64,000 bases of DNA from Patescibacteria group bacterium (GTDB taxonomy: Bacteria > Patescibacteriota > Minisyncoccia > UBA6257 > GWB1-50-10), in the NCBI GenBank assembly GCA_024239035.1, contig JANBVK010000001.1, positions 338,115 through 402,114 of the forward strand. The letters run 5' to 3'. Positions 29,780 to 39,441 of this stretch are shown here, piece after piece. Under the pieces are notes generated by a model that did no database searches, was not told the DNA's origin, and saw only the letters and a program-made list of their open reading frames with translations. Position 1 is the first letter of the stretch, and each line of letters begins with the position of its first letter. A program made the position numbers and the translations under genes.

Positions 29780-30700
29780 ATGAAAAAATTCTTAGTTGCT
29801 TTCATAGTACTGGGTATTAGCTATTCACTTCTGGCTGCTTCTGCAAACGCCCAGTCAGCCGCAGTACAGGAAGCTTTTGAAAATGTTGAAGACCAAGTAG
29901 AGGACTTGGTTATTGCTAAAGACGAAAATATACCCGACGATTTGGCGTTCAGAATTGAAACTTTTAAAGAGGTGGTTGATTTTTCTATTCTTGAGGCGAA
30001 AGACTTAAAAATTAAATTATTAAGCTTGGACCAAATTGAAGAAGACGCCTCTTCTTGGAAAGAAGAAAGAATCAAAGATCTAAACCGAGCCCTAGTCCAC
30101 TACGACGAACAAAAACAATTAATAGACGATAGCGAAGTAATCGACCTGGAAACCATTAAGAATATTGCGAGTGATTTTAAGGACTGGCGGGAACAAACGT
30201 ATCTCCCCGCCGCCGAGCAAGTTAATGAGTTCCTCCTGGTTGAACAAGAACAAAACGCGGTTAATATTGCCGAAAGGCGTTGGCAAAGAATTGATAAAGA
30301 CATAACAAAACTACAAGAAGCTAACCTTAAAGGCGTCTCAGGTCTGCGAGAACTTTTAGATAAGGCTGGAGAACTAATAGAGGAAAGTGATGAGATAAAC
30401 CAAGCTGCTGAAAATCTTTTCTTTGATCGCTATATCTACACGAACTCTTCTACAAGTTCATCCACCGCCACAACTACTGAAATTACTGACGAGACCGAAG
30501 ACCAAACTATCATTCATACCGAGGAAGTATCTGATGAACCCGACTCTACGGGTACTGAGGCTGACGCAACGGACGTAGAGTCTGTGCCACCACCCCCTTT
30601 GTCAATAAAGGATTTGGTTAGGACATCCTTAACAAAAATTAAGGAGGCCTATCGGATCTTTATTGAAATGAGTAATTCGGTGAGGGAGTTGCTCAGTTAG
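29780..30700 (+). CDS. secreted coiled-coil protein with S/T-rich acidic linker
   Basis: 306 aa. Signal peptide MKKFLVAFIVLGISYSLLAASANA. TNSSTSSSTATTTEITDETEDQT low-complexity stretch. Confidence 0.4.
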   Translation: MKKFLVAFIVLGISYSLLAASANAQSAAVQEAFENVEDQVEDLVIAKDENIPDDLAFRIETFKEVVDFSILEAKDLKIKLLSLDQIEEDASSWKEERIKDLNRALVHYDEQKQLIDDSEVIDLETIKNIASDFKDWREQTYLPAAEQVNEFLLVEQEQNAVNIAERRWQRIDKDITKLQEANLKGVSGLRELLDKAGELIEESDEINQAAENLFFDRYIYTNSSTSSSTATTTEITDETEDQTIIHTEEVSDEPDSTGTEADATDVESVPPPPLSIKDLVRTSLTKIKEAYRIFIEMSNSVRELLS

Positions 30701-30734
30701 TAATCCACGGCTTTTTTGCGCGTGGAAATAACAA

Positions 30735-30770
30735 ACCCCTCCGACTAGAATTTAGTCGGAGGGGTTTGTG
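30735..30770. terminator. bidirectional perfect hairpin between convergent genes
   Basis: AAACCCCTCCGACTAGAATTTAGTCGGAGGGGTTT. Confidence 0.65.
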
Positions 30771-30793
30771 TTTCTCCAAAACCTGGAGATGCC

Positions 30794-31069
30794 TTACCTA
30801 ACTGCTTCTTTAAAAACCTTACCTGCCTTAAATTTAGGAGCAGTCGAAGCAGCAATTTGAATTTTTTCACCGGTTTTAGGGTTAACACCCATCCGAGCGG
30901 CCCGTTTCACGACTCTAAATATACCGAATCCAGTAATTGCGACTTCTTCGCCTCGACTGAGTGTCTTTTGAATGGTGTCGAAAACAGCCTCAACCGCATC
31001 CTGGGCCTGCTTTTTAGAACCGAGGTCCGCGGCCTGCTGAACAGCTTCTACAAGACCATCTTTTCTCAT
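30794..31069 (-). CDS. hup: DNA-binding protein HU
   Basis: 91 aa. ...ITGFGIFRVVKRAARMGVNPKTGEKIQIAASTAPKFKAGKVFKEAV. Confidence 0.85.
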   Translation of the reverse strand: MRKDGLVEAVQQAADLGSKKQAQDAVEAVFDTIQKTLSRGEEVAITGFGIFRVVKRAARMGVNPKTGEKIQIAASTAPKFKAGKVFKEAVR

Positions 31070-31235
31070 AATTATTTATTAGTTATTTTAGGTATTTAGC
31101 CACTTGGCATCCAGTGACCATCTCATACTCAATCGACCTTTAAAAATCGCTTTTATTATAGCACATTCGCCATTGCCCACGTATTTTACCACTTTTATAT
31201 CCTTTTAAGCTAGTTTAATCCAGTTTAATCACTTG

Positions 31236-32765
31236 CTACTTCGCATATTCAACGGCTTTCACTTCCCTAATAACAGTAACCTTAATTTCACCGGGATATT
31301 GCACATCGGATTGGATTTTATTGGCAATTTGTTTTGCAAGCTGCAACGCACCAAAGTCATCTATCTTCTCGGGGACAACAAATACCCGTACTTCCCGCCC
31401 CGCTGAAACCGCATAGGCGTCTTTTATCCCTTTAAAGGTCTTTACCGTGTTCTCTATATCTTCGAGGCGCCTCAAATACTTCTCTAAAGTATCACGACGA
31501 GCCCCAGGTCTAGCAGCGGAAATTACATCAGCTGCCGCTACAATATAAGACTCAGGGGTAGAGAAAGGATACTCCTCATGATGAGATTCCATAGCTTTTA
31601 TAACAGCCTCATCAATACCATATTTCTTCAACAGTTTTCTTCCGAGCTCAACGTGCGTTCCTTCAACCTCGTGGTCAATTGCCTTGCCTATATCATGAAG
31701 AAGAGCTCCTTTCTTGACAACGTCTACATTAACTCCCAATTCACTGGCGATCATCCCTGAAATGTGAGTCATCTCAACTGAGTGGGTTAATACATTCTGC
31801 CCATAGCTAGTACGGTAGTTCAACCTTCCTAAAAGACGAATTATCTCTTTTGGTAAATCTAAGACCCCCACCTCATAGACGGCTTCCTCACCAATGCGCT
31901 CTATCTGATTATCTAGCTCCTGTCTTGCTTCCTCGACTTTCTCTTCAATCTTAGCCGGTTGAATCCGACCATCTTGAATCAGCTTCTCTAGGGCCAGCTT
32001 CGCCACTTCCCGACGAAGTGGGTCAAAGGAAGATAAAAGCAAGCTCTCCGGCGTCTCATCAATAACAATCTCAACTCCAGTCAGACGCTCAAATGTTCTT
32101 ATATTCCTGCCTTCCCGACCAATAATCTTTCCCTTAATTTCTTCATTAGGAAGATGAACTACGCTTGTAGTAATATCGGCAATGCTACTACGAGCGTAGC
32201 GCTGTATCGCTGAAGTGATCACTTCTAAGCCTTTCGCTTCCACTTCTTTTCTTTTCTCTTTCTCTAACCGGCTAATCACATCAACTAATTCTTGCCGATT
32301 AGTTTGCTCTAATTCCTCAATCAACTTGGCTTTTGCCTCATCTCGAGTCAACCCTGATACTTTCTCCAGTTCCTCCCCAATTTTCTTCTGAAGCTCTCTA
32401 GCTTGTTCCTCAATTTTTTGAACTCTCTCTAATTCTTTTTTACACTCCGTCTCTCTAGATCCAACTTCACTTTTTTGCTTTTCAAGAACGTCCTCTTTTT
32501 TAAGAAATCTCTCTTCTAGATGGCGTAATTCCTGCTTCCGTTCGCGTTCTTCCTTCTGAGCCTCGGCAATAATGGAGGCAGCTTTATCTTTTGCCGCCAA
32601 GACTACCTCTTTAGCTTTTGAATCAGCAGAAGTTAGCTCTTCTTGAGCTTTGCGTTCTAAAGAGGATGCTTGTTGAAGAGCAAGCGACCGCCTTAGAAAA
32701 TATCCGAGCACTATTCCTAGAATTAATAAGCCTCCTGCCAACCAAAAATTGATTCCTAAAATCAT
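31236..32765 (-). CDS. rny: ribonuclease Y
   Basis: 509 aa. N-terminal TM, coiled coil, KH domain, HD domain (LLHDIGKAIDHEVEGTHVELG). Confidence 0.9.
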   Translation of the reverse strand: MILGINFWLAGGLLILGIVLGYFLRRSLALQQASSLERKAQEELTSADSKAKEVVLAAKDKAASIIAEAQKEERERKQELRHLEERFLKKEDVLEKQKSEVGSRETECKKELERVQKIEEQARELQKKIGEELEKVSGLTRDEAKAKLIEELEQTNRQELVDVISRLEKEKRKEVEAKGLEVITSAIQRYARSSIADITTSVVHLPNEEIKGKIIGREGRNIRTFERLTGVEIVIDETPESLLLSSFDPLRREVAKLALEKLIQDGRIQPAKIEEKVEEARQELDNQIERIGEEAVYEVGVLDLPKEIIRLLGRLNYRTSYGQNVLTHSVEMTHISGMIASELGVNVDVVKKGALLHDIGKAIDHEVEGTHVELGRKLLKKYGIDEAVIKAMESHHEEYPFSTPESYIVAAADVISAARPGARRDTLEKYLRRLEDIENTVKTFKGIKDAYAVSAGREVRVFVVPEKIDDFGALQLAKQIANKIQSDVQYPGEIKVTVIREVKAVEYAK

Positions 32766-33018
32766 AAAAGTATATTAGTTTATTTTTTGCCCCCTCTAGA
32801 AAATCAAAATGAACCTTTCCCTTATTAGAAAGGTTTTCAAAAATACGAGTTGTAGTTCTCACGATATCAATTAGTTTCATTAATTTTCCAAAGCGGGGTT
32901 TACGACGTTTTATTTATAAGTTTGTATTAATTATCGTAACGTGCCTTCTTTAAAATGTCAAGCCCGGATACTTCAGATAGTAGTGATGAAACGCTTCTTT
33001 TGATGCTAGAATTAATCC

Positions 33019-34575
33019 ATGAGAAAAACTTTCGTCCTCGCCATCCTCGATGGTTGGGGGATTGGAAAACTCAACGAGTCAAATCCAATCCATATTGCGG
33101 GTCTCAAGACTATTAGGTATATAGAAAATTCTTTCCCAAGCGGCGCTCTCCAAGCCTCGGGAATCGCCGTAGGTCTCCCTTGGGGAGAAGAAGGGAATAG
33201 TGAAGTAGGCCATCTTACTATTGGCACCGGCAGGACTCTCTACCAACATTTTCCGAGAATCTCAATGGCAATTGAGGATGGTTCTTTTTTCAAAAACCCC
33301 GCGCTAAGGAGTGCGTTTCTACATGCACGAAAAAATAACTCTGCCGTTCACCTTATAGGGCTTTTGACTAAAGGTAATGTCCATGCCTCTCTCAAGCACT
33401 TAGTGGCGCTAATTGAGATGGCTAAAAAAGAAAACTGCCCAAACCTTTACCTTCATCTCTTTGCTGACGGGCTCGACAGTCCTCCTCACTCTCTTCTCTA
33501 TCTTGTTAAAAACTTGGAAGGAATTTTACAAAAAAATAAAGTTGGCGTTATTACAAGCTTAATGGGCCGATATTATGCCATGAACCGCGACAACCATTGG
33601 GAGCGGACCGAAAAGGCCTACAGGACCCTCACGGGCATTGACACAAACGTCAAATCCTACAAGGAAGCAACAGAAGAAATCTACCAGAAGGACCTAGACG
33701 ACGAATTTATCGAACCAATTATCATAGATAAACCACATCCTATCCAAGACAACGATGCGGTTATTTTTTTTAATTTCCGCGAAGACAGTATGAGGCAGAT
33801 AACCGAATCCTTTGCGAACCCTGCTTTTAATAAATTCCCGATCAAAAAATTGAGCAATCTTTCTGTTACAACAATGACCGAATATCAAAAAGGACTGAAA
33901 ACAGCCGTCGCTTTCCCCAGCGAGAAAATTAAAAACTCTTTGGGGGAAGTACTCGCAGACAACCAAAAAACCCAACTCAGAATCGCTGAAACCAAAAAAT
34001 ACGCCCACGTTACCTACTTCTTCAATGGTTTAAGAGATGCTCCCTTCCCAAATGAATACCGCGTGCTCATCCCCTCCAAAAGCACTATCCGTCAGGAAGA
34101 ACACCCTGAAATGATGGCCGGTGCCGTCACTGAACGGTTACTCATTGCCTTAAACGAGGGAGGGTTTGATTTTATTCTTATAAATTATGCTAACCCGGAC
34201 ATCATTGCCCACACCGGCAACTACCAAGCAGTTCTGGAAGCAGTCAAGGTAATCGATAAAGAACTAGAAAAACTCATAAAAAGCGTCCTAGCTGGTAACC
34301 ACGTCCTTTTAATTACATCTGACCACGGCAACGCCGAATCGGTTCTAAACCTTAAAACTGGGGAGCCAGAAACTACCCATGATCCAAATCCGGTGCCCAT
34401 TTATCTAGTCGCCAAAGATTTAGAGAAGAGTCCCCCAGCAAACTCGGGACAAACTCCGCCTCGTTTAAAAACTATCGGTATACTCTCCGATGTCGCCCCA
34501 ACCATTCTTGATTTAATGAACATACCAAAACCCTCCAGTATGACCGGGCAAAGCTTATTAGACCAACTAGTTTAA
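33019..34575 (+). CDS. gpmI: 2,3-bisphosphoglycerate-independent phosphoglycerate mutase
   Basis: 518 aa. iPGM N- and C-terminal metalloenzyme domains (ILDGWGI..., ITSDHGNAE). Confidence 0.9.
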   Translation: MRKTFVLAILDGWGIGKLNESNPIHIAGLKTIRYIENSFPSGALQASGIAVGLPWGEEGNSEVGHLTIGTGRTLYQHFPRISMAIEDGSFFKNPALRSAFLHARKNNSAVHLIGLLTKGNVHASLKHLVALIEMAKKENCPNLYLHLFADGLDSPPHSLLYLVKNLEGILQKNKVGVITSLMGRYYAMNRDNHWERTEKAYRTLTGIDTNVKSYKEATEEIYQKDLDDEFIEPIIIDKPHPIQDNDAVIFFNFREDSMRQITESFANPAFNKFPIKKLSNLSVTTMTEYQKGLKTAVAFPSEKIKNSLGEVLADNQKTQLRIAETKKYAHVTYFFNGLRDAPFPNEYRVLIPSKSTIRQEEHPEMMAGAVTERLLIALNEGGFDFILINYANPDIIAHTGNYQAVLEAVKVIDKELEKLIKSVLAGNHVLLITSDHGNAESVLNLKTGEPETTHDPNPVPIYLVAKDLEKSPPANSGQTPPRLKTIGILSDVAPTILDLMNIPKPSSMTGQSLLDQLV

Positions 34576-34622
34576 GTCTTGCCTGCCGGCGGGCAGGTGT
34601 CCCTAGATTGCAGATAGAGGTA

Positions 34623-34650
34623 TTGACAGGCTTAAAATTAGGATTATAGT
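34623..34650 (+). promoter_or_regulatory. near-consensus sigma-70 promoter (TTGACA-N16-TATAGT)
   Basis: TTGACAggcttaaaattaggatTATAGT, directly after the gpmI terminator hairpin CCTGCCGGCGGGCAGG. Confidence 0.5.
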
Positions 34651-34656
34651 GGATTT

Positions 34657-35129
34657 ATCATCGCACATTGACATTTTCCGTGGCGAGGTCTGAGGTTGGT
34701 GGCCTTTCTTAGACGGGTGGTTAACGAAACAGCTCGCGAACCCTACGGGCAAAGGCCTATAATGTGGTTGTGTAGACCACTAGGCTGGCTCTAGAGCTAG
34801 TCCCACAGTACTGCGTTCTTCGGAAGGGGAGGACGTGCCCGACTGCTGGGTCTAATGGTAGGGAAGGGTTACAAGCGTGGTGACGGCGCAACGTCGTCCC
34901 GAAAAAGCGCGTCTCTCCTCCGTCGGAGGCAAGCTACCCACCCCAAGCAAACGGTGTAACTCCCTCCAAACTCACGCCTCGCCACTTTTCCAAATAGTCG
35001 GGGTGCAAAGATCGACGAATCCGAAGTACCGCCTCTCGAGACATTAAGAAGCGGTGTGATAGGATTTTGTCAGACCTCCTGCACCTCGACTCCAGCACAA
35101 CTCCCGCGGCAACCAGCCCGGGAGTTTTT
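34657..35129 (+). ncRNA. candidate roughly 470-nt structured noncoding RNA of unknown class, bounded by a promoter and a terminator
   Basis: No ORF of 60 aa or longer on either strand across about 600 nt. Relatively GC-rich. Consensus promoter at 34623-34650. Rho-independent terminator CTCCCG-(12 nt)-CGGGAG-TTTTT at 35101-35129. Contains a UUCG-loop hairpin (GCGTTCTTCGGAAGG). Confidence 0.35.
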
Positions 35130-35192
35130 CATTTCTGGTACAATAAAAATAAAGTAAAGTAAGGGTTTTTCTTCTATGAACTAGACTCTTTT

Positions 35193-35558
35193 ATGAAACT
35201 CATCGGAAATATAATCTTCCATATTTTCTCAAATGCCATCGCAATCCTCGCTGCAGCTTATTTCATAAGTGGGTTTTCTTTTAGTGGGGATTTCATAGCC
35301 CTTGCTATTGCTGCAGCAATTCTCACAGGCATTAATTTAATCCTCCGCCCTATCCTACGTCTTCTCCTTGGACCGCTTATCGTCTTAACTTTTGGCCTCT
35401 TCACCATCATCATAAATGCAGTAACCCTTTACCTCCTTGACATCTTGAGCGACCCTCTTATAATAGAGGGGTATATTCCACTCCTTATTGCTACTATTAT
35501 CTTTAGCATCGTAAACGCTATTATAAACTTCTCAGCAAGAACTACTTACCGAAGGTAA
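35193..35558 (+). CDS. DUF360/holin-IV-like small membrane protein
   Basis: 121 aa, 4 TM helices. Confidence 0.4.
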   Translation: MKLIGNIIFHIFSNAIAILAAAYFISGFSFSGDFIALAIAAAILTGINLILRPILRLLLGPLIVLTFGLFTIIINAVTLYLLDILSDPLIIEGYIPLLIATIIFSIVNAIINFSARTTYRR

Positions 35559-35562
35559 TAAT

Positions 35563-35778
35563 ATGTTGGTCATCGGTCAGGTTGCTATATCTATAATCCT
35601 TATAGTTCTAGTGCTTATTCAGGAGCGAGGAGAGGGCCTCGGGGCTCTATTTGGCGGTGGTGGGGGAGGAACTCCTTACCACACTCGAAGAGGCTTGGAA
35701 AAAGTAATTTTTTGGTCAACTATCATCTCTGCGGTTATCTTTGCAGTACTTGCTATTATAAATCTCTTTATAATTTAA
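35563..35778 (+). CDS. secG: preprotein translocase subunit SecG
   Basis: 71 aa. LIQERGEGLGALFGGGGGGTPYHTRRGLEKVIF pattern of SecG. Confidence 0.65.
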   Translation: MLVIGQVAISIILIVLVLIQERGEGLGALFGGGGGGTPYHTRRGLEKVIFWSTIISAVIFAVLAIINLFII

Positions 35779-35833
35779 GCTTGGATTAGCAAACCCGAGC
35801 GCGGGGTCATAGATACTGTTTTTCTAGAAAACA

Positions 35834-37468
35834 TTGCCCTCTCCCAGTACAGGAAAGATGGTTATAATTAAAAAGATTTTTTATTCCTTAACGCACCAAG
35901 AACGCTTAATCCTAATAGGCGCGGCGGCGATATTGATTTTATCATCAATAACAAGGGTCTCGGTTGCAATCCAAGAATCAAGTGAGTGGATAGCTGTGTC
36001 CGGCGGCACTTACCGAGAAGGAGTCTTAGGACAGCCAATTACAATTAATCCTATTATTTCAGATAACCAAACCGATCAGGATATAAGCCGCTTGATTTAC
36101 AGCAACCTCTCCGACCTCATCGAAAATTATGAGGTTAAAAATGAGGGACGCACCTATATTCTAAAACTTAAAGAAGGACTCTTATGGGATAACGGTCAAC
36201 CCCTTACAAGCGATGATATTGTCTTCACAATAGAAACGGTTCAGAATCCCGACTCGCGATCACCCCTTACAAAGGATTGGCGAGGTGTTGTGGCTGAACG
36301 CATAAGCGAACTCAGAATAAGCTTATCTATTCCAACACCCTACGTCTTCTTCACAAAAAATATCGAAAGACTCCCTATTATTCCCGCCCATATCTTTGGG
36401 AAAATTCCTCCGGCCAACCTCAGGCTTTCTTCATATAACCTTGAACCCGTCGGTAGCGGACCATACCGCTTTGAAGGATTTACCAAACGCAAAGACGGTT
36501 TTATAAGTCAATATCGTCTCACTGCCAATGACAACTATCACGGCGAGGGACCCTTCATAGAAGATTTCTATTTCATCTTCTATGAAGACGCTCAGAGCCT
36601 TACGAACGATTTTCTACTCCGTAAAGTTGACGGTTTTGGAAGTTTACTGCCGGCTGTTGCCGAAGGACTGCCGCCAAACAATATAGTTATCAATCAAATC
36701 CCAATGCCTAGTTACTACGCTATCTTTTTTAATCCCTTAGTTAATCCTGCATTTAAAGATGATGAGTTCCGCCACGCTTTAACCGCCGCAATTAATAAAA
36801 GGCGTATAATCCAAGAGGTTTTAAACAATCAAGCAGAATCCATAAACGGTCCGCTGGGTAATTTTGTATCAATTAGAGAACCAAGCGTAGTTTACAGTCC
36901 CGAGGAAGCAAGAGAAAAATTAAGCACTCTAAATAACGAGAAAATAGAGATCACGATTATCGTTCCTAAAGTTGAATTCTTAGAGAAAACCGCCAAATTA
37001 ATAAGAGAGGACTGGCTTTCTGTTGGTGTGGATGAAGTAAATATAATAAGCCTGCTCTCGGACGAACTGTTGAATAATGTTATTAAAACCAATAACTACG
37101 AAGTAATTCTCTTTGGTAACGTCCTTGAAAATCCTTTGGATCTTTTTCCCTTCTGGCATTCTTCACAACGTTTTTACCCAGGTTTAAATCTTGCTCTCCA
37201 CAAAAGCTCTAAAGTAGACAGCTTAATTGAGATAATCCGCCAGACCGAGAGCGAGAGCGAACAGAGATCTCTGGCGGAAATAGCAGAGGAACTCATTATA
37301 GAAGAGAGATCGGCCATCTTTCTTTTCTCTGTTCCCTACACTTATATTCACACAAAAAATCTCCGAGGCTTTGAATTTAAGGACAACGAAAAACTCATAA
37401 TCGCACCATCGGATAGATTTAAAAACGTTAACGAATGGCACATCGCAAAGGCACGAGTACTGAGATAA
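35834..37468 (+). CDS. ABC-transporter substrate-binding protein, family 5 (OppA/DppA-like), membrane-anchored
   Basis: 544 aa. N-terminal TM. RTYILKLKEGLLWDNGQPLTSDDIVFTIE matches the SBP_bac_5 N-terminal motif. Confidence 0.6.
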   Translation: MPSPSTGKMVIIKKIFYSLTHQERLILIGAAAILILSSITRVSVAIQESSEWIAVSGGTYREGVLGQPITINPIISDNQTDQDISRLIYSNLSDLIENYEVKNEGRTYILKLKEGLLWDNGQPLTSDDIVFTIETVQNPDSRSPLTKDWRGVVAERISELRISLSIPTPYVFFTKNIERLPIIPAHIFGKIPPANLRLSSYNLEPVGSGPYRFEGFTKRKDGFISQYRLTANDNYHGEGPFIEDFYFIFYEDAQSLTNDFLLRKVDGFGSLLPAVAEGLPPNNIVINQIPMPSYYAIFFNPLVNPAFKDDEFRHALTAAINKRRIIQEVLNNQAESINGPLGNFVSIREPSVVYSPEEAREKLSTLNNEKIEITIIVPKVEFLEKTAKLIREDWLSVGVDEVNIISLLSDELLNNVIKTNNYEVILFGNVLENPLDLFPFWHSSQRFYPGLNLALHKSSKVDSLIEIIRQTESESEQRSLAEIAEELIIEERSAIFLFSVPYTYIHTKNLRGFEFKDNEKLIIAPSDRFKNVNEWHIAKARVLR

Positions 37469-37476
37469 AATACTGC

Positions 37477-37560
37477 GCCGAGGTGGTGAAATTGGCAGAC
37501 ACGCAGCGTTCAGGACGCTGTGCTCGCAAGGGCTTGTGGGTTCAAATCCCACCCTCGGCA
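37477..37560 (+). tRNA. tRNA-Leu (CAG), long variable arm, CCA not encoded
   Basis: GCCGAGG-TG-GTGAAATTGGCAGAC-A-CGCAG-CGTTCAGGA... anticodon loop UUCAGGA (anticodon CAG). T-arm GTGGG-TTCAAAT-CCCAC. Acceptor 3' CCTCGGC-A. Confidence 0.85.
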
Positions 37561-37652
37561 CATAGAGAAGTATGTTCACTGAAGAAATCTCAAAATATTA
37601 CAAATTTGAAAAAATAAAATTACCAATTACTAGTTACTAATTTACTAAAATT

Positions 37653-39437
37653 ATGGCTCCAAAACCCCCGAAAATACCAAAGAGGACAAGTATTCGTAGA
37701 ATTACCCAAACCGGACGGAAACTCCGTCCTAAAACCGGTGAGTCGCGGACTGAAAAAAAACCCGTGAGAGATGAGGTAGTTCGCTGGGTCGCGCTCGGCG
37801 GCTTGGAAGAAATTGGCCGCAATATGATGTTCTTTGAGTACAAAGACGAAATCATCATCATTGACGCGGGGCTGCAATTCCCTGAAGAAGAAACTCCGGG
37901 CATTGATTACATCATTCCTAATGTCTCATATCTCGAACCCAAAAAACAAAATATCAAAGCTTTAGTTATAACTCACGGACATTACGATCATATCGGCGCA
38001 ATCCCTTACATTCTTGAGAAAATTGGAAATCCTCCAATCTATACAACCCCCATGAGCAGAGAAATTATTCTAAAAAGACAGGGGGAATTTCCAAACTCAC
38101 CAAAACCGTCCTTTGAAATCGTAAAGGCCGGCGAAAATTACAAGCTCTCGGAGCACTTCTCAGTAACGTTCTTTGATGTCGTTCACAACATCCCTGAAGG
38201 CGTGGGTATGATAGTTCACACGCCCATCGGCAACATAGTTCATCCCGGTGAGTTCAAATTTGACTATGATATGGAAGGAAAGCCTCGCGGCCTTGATACC
38301 TGGAAATGGGTAAGTAAACAAGACATCCACACTCTTATGCTTGATTCAACCGGCGCAGAAAATCCCGGTTGGTCTACCTCAGAACGAGTAGTTGAAAAGG
38401 AGCTGGAAAAAATCTTCAAAGCTGCAGAAGGAAGAGTTATTGTAGGAACGTTTTCTTCTCTTCTTGATCGCCTCGCTGAAATTATAAAAATTGCGGAACG
38501 CCTGAAGAAAAAAGTTGCCATCAGTGGTTATTCTATGAAGACGAATATCCAAATCGCCCAGAATCTCAAATACATAAAAATTCAAAAAGGGACTATGATT
38601 CCGCTCGAGGAAATTCATAAACACCCTGATAACAAGATAATGATTCTCGCAACCGGCGCTCAAGGAGAACCCAACGCAGCCCTAATGCGCATTGCAAACG
38701 GCGAGCATCGCCATATAAAGATAAAGAAAAGCGACACGCTTGTGCTGTCATCGTCTGTCGTACCCGGTAACGAACGGGGCGTCCAAACCTTAAAAGATAA
38801 TATCTCCCGCCAAGGGGCAACCATTTATCACTACACAATGCTTGATATTCACTCATCCGGCCATGCTCCCCAAGAAGAATTAAAAACCGTAATGCGACTC
38901 GTAAAACCGAAGTTTTTTCTGCCAATTCACGGTTACTATTTTATGCGCTGGAGAAATGCTAAATCCGCGCAAGAAGTGTTAGGGTTAACCCCTGAGAAAA
39001 CTATTATCGCGGATAACGGCCACGTTGTTGAGTTCCGAAAAAACTCCGCACCGCGCGTAACCGATGAAAGGCTCCCCGCTTTTTATGTAATGGTAGATGG
39101 CCTGGGTGTGGGAGATGTAGGAGAAATAGTTCTCCGTGATCGCTTAACTCTTTCTCAAGAAGGTATGGTGGTTATAATTACAACTCTTAGCCGCCAAACG
39201 GGGAAGGTTCTTAAAAACCCCGATATTATCTCGCGTGGTTTTATTTACTTGAAAGAAAGTCAAGAATTATTAAACGAAATTCGCCGTAAAATCCGGGGTA
39301 TCATTAGCCGCATCCCCCGCCATCAGACACTAGACGCCGACTATATAAAATCGCTGATTCGCGACCAAATCGGCCAGTTCTTGTACAATAAAACAAAGAG
39401 ACGACCGATGATCCTGCCTGTAATTATAGAGGTATAA
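37653..39437 (+). CDS. rnj: ribonuclease J (MBL-fold beta-CASP RNase)
   Basis: 594 aa. HGHYDHIGA metal-binding motif. A basic N-terminal extension of about 45 aa. Confidence 0.85.
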   Translation: MAPKPPKIPKRTSIRRITQTGRKLRPKTGESRTEKKPVRDEVVRWVALGGLEEIGRNMMFFEYKDEIIIIDAGLQFPEEETPGIDYIIPNVSYLEPKKQNIKALVITHGHYDHIGAIPYILEKIGNPPIYTTPMSREIILKRQGEFPNSPKPSFEIVKAGENYKLSEHFSVTFFDVVHNIPEGVGMIVHTPIGNIVHPGEFKFDYDMEGKPRGLDTWKWVSKQDIHTLMLDSTGAENPGWSTSERVVEKELEKIFKAAEGRVIVGTFSSLLDRLAEIIKIAERLKKKVAISGYSMKTNIQIAQNLKYIKIQKGTMIPLEEIHKHPDNKIMILATGAQGEPNAALMRIANGEHRHIKIKKSDTLVLSSSVVPGNERGVQTLKDNISRQGATIYHYTMLDIHSSGHAPQEELKTVMRLVKPKFFLPIHGYYFMRWRNAKSAQEVLGLTPEKTIIADNGHVVEFRKNSAPRVTDERLPAFYVMVDGLGVGDVGEIVLRDRLTLSQEGMVVIITTLSRQTGKVLKNPDIISRGFIYLKESQELLNEIRRKIRGIISRIPRHQTLDADYIKSLIRDQIGQFLYNKTKRRPMILPVIIEV

Positions 39438-39441
39438 ATTT

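Noticed and set aside
31208-31230. Tandem AGTTTAATC(C/A) x2 just downstream of rny
   Set aside because: Two copies of a 10-11-nt AT-rich unit in a terminator and promoter region. This is too short and too common to call a functional repeat.
34657-35129. Assignment of the noncoding locus as RNase P RNA
   Set aside because: Some P3-like (UUCG hairpin, then GGGGAGGA) and P10-12-like G/A-rich stretches are suggestive. However, I could not find complementary P4 strands (AGUCCGG / CCGGCU type). The terminal CCCGGGAG is better explained as the terminator stem. The class is left open.
37435-37617. ORF overlapping tRNA-Leu (and likewise 25969-26172 over tRNA-Arg/Pro, and 46589-46822 over the tmRNA and element)
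   Set aside because: They are nested in well-folded tRNA or tmRNA genes. These are artefacts of six-frame translation.
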